A stretch of 64,000 nucleotides of DNA from Candidatus Micrarchaeota archaeon. GTDB taxonomy: Archaea > Micrarchaeota > Micrarchaeia > Micrarchaeales > CABMGC01. The position numbers and the translations under genes were made by a program. A model generated the notes under the pieces. It did no database searches. It saw nothing but the letters and a program-made list of their open reading frames with translations, and had not been told where the DNA came from. Location of the stretch: positions 177,077 to 241,076 of the forward strand of contig JAJZOF010000020.1 of assembly GCA_021811535.1 (NCBI GenBank), written 5' to 3'. This document shows, piece by piece, positions 56,864 to 64,000 of the stretch; the stretch's first letter is position 1; every line of letters begins with the position of its first letter.

Positions 56864-57397
56864 TCATTCGTGCCCGCCTTTCGAATGGACTCTCTTGACA
56901 GCCGAGTCTATCACTTCACGCGCCCTTGACGCGTTTTCCCACCCACTTACCTCTGACCACTTTCCTGGCTCTATGCTTTTATAGTACTTGAAGAAATGCG
57001 CAATTCTGTCCTTTACATTCTCCGGAAGCTCCTTAACATCGTTTACAAGTTTAAACTCTGGGTCTATCTTATCCGTGCCTACCCCGAGTATTTTGGTATC
57101 TATTCCCTCTTCATCCTTCATGAGAAGCAAGCCTATGGGCCTTACCACTACAGTAGTTCCAGGGAAAAACGAGGCACCGCTTATGACCATTATGTCAAGA
57201 GGGTCTCCATCTTCACCAAGCGTTCCGCAGACAAACCCATAATTGTAAGGATAAACCATCGATGTATGAAGTATTCTGTCGACTTTTATGCTACCGCTAT
57301 GTTCGTCGTATTCGTATTTCACATTGCTGCCCTTCGGTATCTCTATGAGGCAGTTGACTTTTGATGGCGCATCCTTACCTATCGTTAAATTTGGCAT
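56864..57397 (-). CDS. ppa: Inorganic pyrophosphatase (family I)
   Basis: EIPKGS.VKYE, YPYNYG, DGDPLD, DEEGID.K. Confidence 0.96.
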   Translation of the reverse strand: MPNLTIGKDAPSKVNCLIEIPKGSNVKYEYDEHSGSIKVDRILHTSMVYPYNYGFVCGTLGEDGDPLDIMVISGASFFPGTTVVVRPIGLLLMKDEEGIDTKILGVGTDKIDPEFKLVNDVKELPENVKDRIAHFFKYYKSIEPGKWSEVSGWENASRAREVIDSAVKRVHSKGGHE

Positions 57398-57455
57398 GTA
57401 ATCAGATGTAAACTATCCAATAAAAGATTTAAACTCTTTGTAGCAAAGATAGTTT

Positions 57456-59066
57456 ATGCATACTAAATATGTAGTAATACTAGGTTCACTGATGAGTGGT
57501 CTGGGCAAAGGCGGCATAACAGCTTCGATAATGAAGATGCTCGATTTCTATGGGTACAGAGTCCTGCCGATAAAATTCGATGGATATCTAAATTACGACT
57601 GCGGCACCATGAACCCGTACAGGCATGGCGAGGTATTTGTCCTTAATGATAAAAGCGAAGTAGATATGGACTTCGGCATATACGAAAGATTCATAAACAA
57701 GGATCTCACCGGCAACCTATCCATAACAGGCGGCAAGCTATACAGTACTCTAATCAAAAAAGAGCGAAGCGGGGAGTATCTCGGAGAGGACGTCCAGGTA
57801 ATACCGCATGTAACCAACGAGATAATAAATCACGTAAGGGGAATATCAGAATCGGAGAAGCCTGATGTCATAGTAATAGAAGTAGGCGGCACGGTAGGCG
57901 ACATAGAAAACAGTTACTTTATAGAGGCAATGAGGCAGCTTGCCATTAAAGACAAGACTATTTTTATAAACCTTACTTATGTTCCTACCCTTGATGTCGT
58001 TGGCGAACAGAAGACAAAACCGGCACAGATAGGATTCAGGACAATACTGCAATCAGGAATAATGCCCTCATTCGTAATATGCAGGAGCAAGGACAAACTT
58101 CTTGCGAAGACAAAAAAGAAGCTCGCACTGTTCACGAACCTTGACGAGAGCAGGATAATAGACGATGAAGATCAGATGACCCTGTACAAGCTCCCCCTAT
58201 CATTCATGGAGCAGAAGATGGACAAGATGCTCATTAAAGATTTGGGGCTCCCAGAAAGAAAATTAAACAAGCAGAAACTCTCGACATGGAGGAACACTGT
58301 GGATAAGATACTCAATCCGGAAAGGTCCGTTAATATAGCAATACTTGGAAAATATACGAACCTGCAGGATTCATATGCCAGCGTAAAGGAGGCCCTCATA
58401 CACTGCGGAGCCAAATCAAATGCGAGGATAAATATCTCCTGGATAGAATCCGAGAAGCTAGAATCTGGAACAGACCCATCTGCAGTCTTTGCAGGCATAG
58501 ACGGGGTAATAGTTCCGGGAGGATTCGGAAACCGTGGAATAGAAGGGATAATAAGAGGAATAAGGTACTGCCGGGAGCAGAAGATACCTTATCTTGGAAT
58601 ATGCCTCGGCATGCAACTCATGGTCGTCGAGTACGCAAGGAACGTATGCGGGCTCAAAGACGCAAACTCCTCAGAGTTCAATAAAAACTCGAAGAATAAA
58701 GTGATAGACATAATGAAGTCCCAGCTCGGAAGAAGAGCCAAGGGCGGAACAATGAGGCTTGGGCTTGAGGAGTCAAAAGTTGCTGACAAAAAGAGCATAG
58801 CATACAAGTCTTACAGTGCCATAACAATCCAGGAGCGTCACAGGCATAGATATGAATTCAACAACAGGTATATGGATCTTATGAAAAAGAAAGGCCTGCT
58901 CTTTACCTCTTTCTCATCGGACAACATAGTGGAGACTGTGGAATGGCCCGGCTATGCGGGTATAGGCACACAGGCACACCCTGAGCTAAGGTCAAGGATC
59001 GAGAAGCCCGCCCCTCTGTTCGAGTATCTGGTGTCTAAAGCATTACTCAGGAGAGAAAAGACTTAA
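57456..59066 (+). CDS. pyrG: CTP synthase
   Basis: SGLGKG, GGTVGDIE, KTKP, GICLGMQ, RHRHRYE, HPE. Confidence 0.96.
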   Translation: MHTKYVVILGSLMSGLGKGGITASIMKMLDFYGYRVLPIKFDGYLNYDCGTMNPYRHGEVFVLNDKSEVDMDFGIYERFINKDLTGNLSITGGKLYSTLIKKERSGEYLGEDVQVIPHVTNEIINHVRGISESEKPDVIVIEVGGTVGDIENSYFIEAMRQLAIKDKTIFINLTYVPTLDVVGEQKTKPAQIGFRTILQSGIMPSFVICRSKDKLLAKTKKKLALFTNLDESRIIDDEDQMTLYKLPLSFMEQKMDKMLIKDLGLPERKLNKQKLSTWRNTVDKILNPERSVNIAILGKYTNLQDSYASVKEALIHCGAKSNARINISWIESEKLESGTDPSAVFAGIDGVIVPGGFGNRGIEGIIRGIRYCREQKIPYLGICLGMQLMVVEYARNVCGLKDANSSEFNKNSKNKVIDIMKSQLGRRAKGGTMRLGLEESKVADKKSIAYKSYSAITIQERHRHRYEFNNRYMDLMKKKGLLFTSFSSDNIVETVEWPGYAGIGTQAHPELRSRIEKPAPLFEYLVSKALLRREKT

Positions 59067-59757
59067 GAAGAAGCAGCCCCTGCTTCATGCCTGCTTTGCT
59101 CGCACCATACTTTCTGGAATCAAACGTATATCCTACTTCATGCACGCTTATGCTCCCTTTCCTGGTGCATTTTAAGAAATCAAAAAGTATCTTGTAGCCT
59201 CCCTTGACAAATCTATGGCTGTTCTTCCTGTAAACATCCATGAACCTTAGCCTGCGCATGCCAAAGAAACCTGATAATATATCGGCAGAGCCCTGACATT
59301 TCCTAATGTACAGCACAATGTTCCCGGCAATAATGAGCATCCTTGATATTATGCGCCTGTAAAGTACCCACCCTTCGACATTCTCCCTAACAGCTATCGC
59401 AACATCCGCCCCGCTATTAAGTGCCGCTGCAATCTCGCCTATATATCTGGGATTATGCTGCAGATCCGCGTCCATTATTATTACGAACTCTGTCCGTGAG
59501 CGCTCTATGCCCTTTATGACGCTTCCCGTGAGCCCCAATCGTCCTTTGCTTAGAGGAACAAGGAGAGAAACATTCATCTTTCTCCTAATCGCCCTGTTCA
59601 CTACCTCCTCTGTCCCATCATCAGAGTTGTCGTCAACTACCAGTATCTTTATTCCCTCATAACTCCTGGCAATAATCTCCATGAGCTTTCCGATAGACCT
59701 TTCCTCGTTCAGTGTCGGGAGTATTACGGTAAAATTGCTATAATTATTTTTCCCCAT
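59047..59757 (-). CDS. GT2 polyprenol-phosphate glycosyltransferase (Dpm1-like)
   Basis: LPTLNE, VDDNSDDGT, MDADLQH, SGFF, R.YG.SK. Confidence 0.9.
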   Translation of the reverse strand: MGKNNYSNFTVILPTLNEERSIGKLMEIIARSYEGIKILVVDDNSDDGTEEVVNRAIRRKMNVSLLVPLSKGRLGLTGSVIKGIERSRTEFVIIMDADLQHNPRYIGEIAAALNSGADVAIAVRENVEGWVLYRRIISRMLIIAGNIVLYIRKCQGSADILSGFFGMRRLRFMDVYRKNSHRFVKGGYKILFDFLKCTRKGSISVHEVGYTFDSRKYGASKAGMKQGLLLLKSFLS

Positions 59758-61339
59758 TTATCATCCCGCCAAGAAATAAGTAATACCTTACAGCAAGCTC
59801 AAGAAGCCATCCGGCAAACGCGATTCTTGTAGCAAGTCCATTAAGAACTGAGAGGTCTTCATCCTCCAAGACGTCGAGCAGAGCCAAAATGGCTGGATAC
59901 GCAAGGATTATCTCCACAATCCCAAAAACGAGCATAAGTTCGTTTGCATGTATAAACATCCCGCTTGCGTAAAGAAGCAGAAAGACCGCAAGATTAGCAA
60001 ACAGAAGCCTGGCTATCTTGCCGTAAGACTGGCTCAATCCCAAAACCCTGCTGTTATACCTTAGAATAAAGTAAAGATACGCAATGGTGCCGAGATAATA
60101 AACTGCGAATATGGCTCCAAGCGAGCCAAAATAAGTGGCAAATATAAACAGCCCTGCCATGGTAATTGCGGCTGATATAAGGCTGTATTTAAGTACAGGG
60201 TATACCTTGCCCCTGCTTATGGTTGCATACGAAGCGATTGTACCTACAAAACCAAGAAGCATCCCCACGCTTATCATAGATATATTTTCAGCCTCGAAAG
60301 GGTATGCTGAAGTGAAGAGAGTCACCGTGAATGCGCCTGACAACGCGAGCAGATAACCTATTATCGGTGTTGTAAAGAGCAGCATAAAGAAAACAGTATA
60401 CCTATACATCTTATCCATCCTATGCCTCGCAAACCTTCCCGCACCAGCATACGAAAGCATAGGCACCATAACCATTCCTATTGAATTGGCAAGCAATCCT
60501 ATGATGTGGCTCATCTTAGTAGCCACACCATATACCCCGACTACAGCAGGCGCAAAAAGAAGCGCCAGGAAGACAACGGCAAAGTTGCTCATTGATGTAT
60601 TTACTACATTTGCCCCTGCGAGCGGGAGGGAGAACCTAAGCATATCTCTCTGCCTCTTGAAGATTCCCCTTGGTTCAAATTCCATGCCTGCATGCCTCTT
60701 AACCATCAGCATGGTGTAAATACCGCCAATTAAGAACCCCACGACATATCCGGTAACCGCACCAAAAGGTCCGAAGCCCATATATACCAGTGCTACAGCA
60801 AGAAAAGCCTGCATAATAATTGATGTGCTGTTCCCCACTGCCGCATGCACGCCTTTACCAACGCTTATAAGTATGGATGAAAAAATGCTCAGCATTATGG
60901 AGAATACAGCTCCAAGCAGCGCAAAGGCAAGGATAAACCATCCATTCCCATAGGTTCCATGGAGCAGCAGCGGAGCAAGAGCAAAAGCGATAGCGCCTCC
61001 AAATACCAATACCAGAAAACCGAATACAAAAGCCAGCGCGATGCCGTCACCCACCGCAACCTTTATCCTTTCCGCTCTCTTTCTGACTTTCCATAATGGT
61101 ATATACCTGCCGAAGTAACTCTCGATGCTTGTGCTTCCGAATGCGCCTGCAAGTCCAGCGAAGCCCAGCGCAATTATATATACACCGTACCCCTGTGCCC
61201 CAAGGAATCGTGCAACAAGAATAAACGAGGCACCAGAGAAGACAATGCCTATGACTTTGCTGTACATTATAAGCACTGCCACCCTCGCGTTATCGAGACC
61301 GAGTTCCAGAGCTTCCGATCCGCTGTTTATGCCAGGCAT
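59744..61339 (-). CDS. Oligosaccharide flippase (MOP/Wzx-like)
   Basis: About 14 TM helices; ARFLG...YGVY, FSLPL, VGVYGVA. Confidence 0.85.
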   Translation of the reverse strand: MPGINSGSEALELGLDNARVAVLIMYSKVIGIVFSGASFILVARFLGAQGYGVYIIALGFAGLAGAFGSTSIESYFGRYIPLWKVRKRAERIKVAVGDGIALAFVFGFLVLVFGGAIAFALAPLLLHGTYGNGWFILAFALLGAVFSIMLSIFSSILISVGKGVHAAVGNSTSIIMQAFLAVALVYMGFGPFGAVTGYVVGFLIGGIYTMLMVKRHAGMEFEPRGIFKRQRDMLRFSLPLAGANVVNTSMSNFAVVFLALLFAPAVVGVYGVATKMSHIIGLLANSIGMVMVPMLSYAGAGRFARHRMDKMYRYTVFFMLLFTTPIIGYLLALSGAFTVTLFTSAYPFEAENISMISVGMLLGFVGTIASYATISRGKVYPVLKYSLISAAITMAGLFIFATYFGSLGAIFAVYYLGTIAYLYFILRYNSRVLGLSQSYGKIARLLFANLAVFLLLYASGMFIHANELMLVFGIVEIILAYPAILALLDVLEDEDLSVLNGLATRIAFAGWLLELAVRYYLFLGGMINGEK

Positions 61340-61351
61340 ACGCTCACTCGC

Positions 61352-62935
61352 TTATATCTTAAAGAACAGCTTTAGATACCTCATCATCGCTCCGGTACCC
61401 CATTCAAGTATCCATATCCCCGCAGACGAGCCTCTTATTATCTCCATGTCCTCCGCGTCAAGAGTTCCTGTGGCAAAGAGCAGAATTGGATAAGCAGCTA
61501 ATGATACAATCAGCCCGACAGCTATCTCTAAAACAAAATTTCCAATGAGAAGGCAGAGCCAGAGAAGGAATCCAAGGCATAATGCACTTATTACAAGCCT
61601 TGCGAATTTGCCAGCACGCAACCTGAAACCTACCAGCAGCCTTGCCCCGTGCAGCAACAGCAGATCATCCACCACGCTCCCAACGAAAAACAGCGCAAAT
61701 ATGCCCCCTATAATCCCAAAATAAGGCACAAGCGCCACTACAAGCAGCAGCTGTATAACTGTGGATATAACATTGTACTTCAGTATTGCCCTGGAAAATC
61801 CATTTGCAACAAGCAGATTAGTCACGTATATTCCGACTATGTTTATTGCAGTGCCAAAAACCATCAGGGAAAACAGCTCCGGCGCTTCCGCATATTTGCT
61901 TGAGACGAGCAGGTAGATCTCAGCATGGGCAAAGATGCCAACGAAAACAAGCATAGGCAGGGTTATGCTAAAAGAATAGAGCAATATCTTATTGTATGTA
62001 TAGTTTGCCCTCTCGCTCTTTGTTACCCTGTGGGCATATGAGAACGCCTGCAGGAGCACCGTAAGCACCGTGCCGTAAATCAAGGTTATGAAGCTTATGC
62101 CCCTGTTGGCTATCCCGTAATTTCCAAGCTGCGCAGAGGCTACGAAGAGACCAAGAAAGAGTATTGCAAATCCTCCAAGCCCAAAACTCAGGAAATTATT
62201 GAAGGCCAGCGGCATTGAGAAACTGGTAACTTTCCTGAGCTCTTCCCAGGAAGGGATACGAATCGTTACTTTGCCGTAACTCTTTAAGGTCGTAAATACG
62301 TAATAAACGCCAATCAAAAGTCCCGCAGCGCTGCCTATTACAAGCCCTGCGAGAGCTCCATCAACACCAAATCCATAATAAACAAGCGCTATGCTTGCGA
62401 TTAGCTGTACAAGGCTTGAAGTAAAATAAGTCAGCGCAGCAAGCTTTGATTTCCTAAACCCTATCAGTATGTTATACAAACCACCAGTCGCTATTGCCTG
62501 GAAAGGGAGATACGCGCAAGCTATCATGAGCGTGAGCGGAGCAACGGTACTTCCATTAAAGAAAGCCGCAGCCACAAAAGGGCTTATTGCGATCCCGACA
62601 AGTGCGGAAATTGATGCCAGCGGAACCAGCAGGAACAGGCCATTTGAGAGTATCCTGCCTACCGTGCCAGGATCCTTATCCTCAGCCATCTCGGAAAGAT
62701 TCCTGAGAAAGTACGAGCCTACCCCGAACGCATTGAAAGCGCCTATAAGCGCCGCAAAGCCTACGGCAAGGATGTAAACCCCGTAATCCGAAGGCTGAAG
62801 AAGCCTGGCGACTACCACGAGCATCAGCAGATTAAGCAGCGATCCCGACATTCTTCCAAGGAACAGATTATAAAGAGAGCTCAACGCTACCTTGCCAAGT
62901 AGTGTATTCTGCGATGCAGGGACTGTCTCTTCCAT
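61352..62935 (-). CDS. Oligosaccharide flippase (MOP/Wzx-like), tandem paralog
   Basis: ARLLQPSDYGVY, FSMPL, LGNYGIA. Confidence 0.85.
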   Translation of the reverse strand: MEETVPASQNTLLGKVALSSLYNLFLGRMSGSLLNLLMLVVVARLLQPSDYGVYILAVGFAALIGAFNAFGVGSYFLRNLSEMAEDKDPGTVGRILSNGLFLLVPLASISALVGIAISPFVAAAFFNGSTVAPLTLMIACAYLPFQAIATGGLYNILIGFRKSKLAALTYFTSSLVQLIASIALVYYGFGVDGALAGLVIGSAAGLLIGVYYVFTTLKSYGKVTIRIPSWEELRKVTSFSMPLAFNNFLSFGLGGFAILFLGLFVASAQLGNYGIANRGISFITLIYGTVLTVLLQAFSYAHRVTKSERANYTYNKILLYSFSITLPMLVFVGIFAHAEIYLLVSSKYAEAPELFSLMVFGTAINIVGIYVTNLLVANGFSRAILKYNVISTVIQLLLVVALVPYFGIIGGIFALFFVGSVVDDLLLLHGARLLVGFRLRAGKFARLVISALCLGFLLWLCLLIGNFVLEIAVGLIVSLAAYPILLFATGTLDAEDMEIIRGSSAGIWILEWGTGAMMRYLKLFFKI

Positions 62936-63010
62936 AAAACCAATAAAACTAGTAAGGATATAAAGATAAAGGCACAGAAAACTTAAAAACTAATGCAATC
63001 AAATAAATTC

Positions 63011-64000
63011 ATGCGTTTTGATGCTGATCTTTATATCCGCAGGCACAAGAGCGAAATATCCGCAATCCTCGGATACCTTGCAATAACTGCAATATTCTTC
63101 TGGCCTTTAGTTGCCGGAATCAGCAGCTTCATCCCTGGTACCGGAGGGGATACCTACCAAAGCGCATGGGAACTATGGTGGGTGAGCTACTCAATTCTAT
63201 CTCTGCACACGTCCCCGTATTTTACATACTTCATCTACTTTCCCATAGGCGCAAACCTGCTTACGCAGACAATGGCGCCGCTTGCAGGTATATTAAGCGC
63301 GCCATTTGAGGCATTCGGTTCTGCCGTAGCACTGAACATTGTATTCATAGCGGGTTTTGTGCTGTCCGGATTCTTCATGTACATTTTTGCATACTACCTT
63401 ACCAGGAACCGCTACGCTTCTTTCCTTGCAGGGGCAATATACGCTTTCAGCCCCATGCATGTATTCCAGTCTTTTGGGCACCTGCAGTGGATAAACATAG
63501 AATGGATACCTCTATTCTTCATGTTTCTGATAATAGCCTTGAAGGAGAAGAAACACAAATACGCTCTCTACGCGGCCCTTTCATTCATATTCCTTACTTT
63601 CATGGGCGACCTGGAGCAGTCAATAGCCGTTTCTATAGGGGCGGTAGTGCTTCTTGCATCTTACTACCTAACCAACGACAGAAGATCAATATACAATAGG
63701 CGGAGCCTAATATACCTCGCAGAGATAGCCGTTGCAATATTCATACTTGGGTCTCCGGTATTCATAAGCATAATAATCGCACTGCAGCACGGGATATTAT
63801 CTACGGTAAATGCAGTATCCTCCACCCAGGCAAATATCCTATACAGCCCAGACGTGCTAAGCTTCTTTGTACCGAGCTTGATGAACCCTCTACTGGGATT
63901 CATACCAAATGCGCTGAACTATCTATACGCATCTGATCCAACAGAGCGTACCGTATACATCGGCTATTCTGTGATATTTCTTGCGCTTGTCTCCATATAT
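63011..64000 (+). CDS. Multi-pass membrane protein, GT-C/YfhO-like, runs off the window end
   Basis: Manual translation MRFDADLYIRRHKSEISAILGYLAITAIFFWPL...GGDTYQSAWELWW...IYFPIG; open to the end of the window. Confidence 0.72.
   Translation, partial: MRFDADLYIRRHKSEISAILGYLAITAIFFWPLVAGISSFIPGTGGDTYQSAWELWWVSYSILSLHTSPYFTYFIYFPIGANLLTQTMAPLAGILSAPFEAFGSAVALNIVFIAGFVLSGFFMYIFAYYLTRNRYASFLAGAIYAFSPMHVFQSFGHLQWINIEWIPLFFMFLIIALKEKKHKYALYAALSFIFLTFMGDLEQSIAVSIGAVVLLASYYLTNDRRSIYNRRSLIYLAEIAVAIFILGSPVFISIIIALQHGILSTVNAVSSTQANILYSPDVLSFFVPSLMNPLLGFIPNALNYLYASDPTERTVYIGYSVIFLALVSIY

Noticed and set aside
1-64000. Genome-wide amber (TAG) recoding suggested by two in-frame TAGs (20605, 29062)
   Set aside because: Many conserved genes (rps11, lysS, rtcB, PCNA, dtdA) end at TAG at their expected C-termini, and no suppressor tRNA or pyl gene is seen.
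1-64000. Numerous antisense or overlapping ORFs in the track (e.g. 1160-1648, 15754-16503, 20467-20979, 28288-28863, 39631-40227)
   Set aside because: They shadow well-supported genes and have no recognisable motifs.
1-64000. CRISPR array, rRNA, SRP RNA or RNase P RNA
   Set aside because: No spaced direct repeats or long structured intergenic region were seen.

Overview
A compact archaeal chromosomal window, most consistent with a DPANN Micrarchaeota (ARMAN-like) genome. This is an inference from class I LysRS, archaeal ribosomal, replication and SRP genes, GGTGA-type SD motifs, TTTAWATA boxes and intron-bearing tRNAs, one with a non-canonical T-loop intron. It is mostly housekeeping: rps13/4/11, rfcS, GINS-rpl44e-aIF2a-PAC2, PCNA, SRP54, RtcB, fibrillarin, a pdh operon, pyrG, ppa, polyamine and trehalose genes and glycan flippases. 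It carries 7 tRNA genes, 4 with introns. An AT-rich accessory patch around tRNA-Lys (about 4.3-8.8 kb) holds a GIY-YIG nuclease, a complete IS with a 7-bp TSD and an orphan IS end. Most notable: (1) a 47-nt tRNA-Met intron with a kink-turn whose adjacent segment is positioned to guide methylation of its own C34; (2) a rare tRNA-Ile(UAU); (3) a histidine kinase paired with a wHTH-REC-degenerate-GGDEF regulator; (4) an Lrp / AblB-like acetyltransferase / M20 deacylase module with a palindromic operator, next to aquaporin and trehalose synthase; (5) an NAD kinase with no canonical start, in frame directly behind the lpdA amber stop; (6) a strand-composition switch with a dif-like site near 13.65 kb; (7) several microproteins below the ORF-track cutoff. 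All family assignments come from motif recognition by eye; no searches were run.
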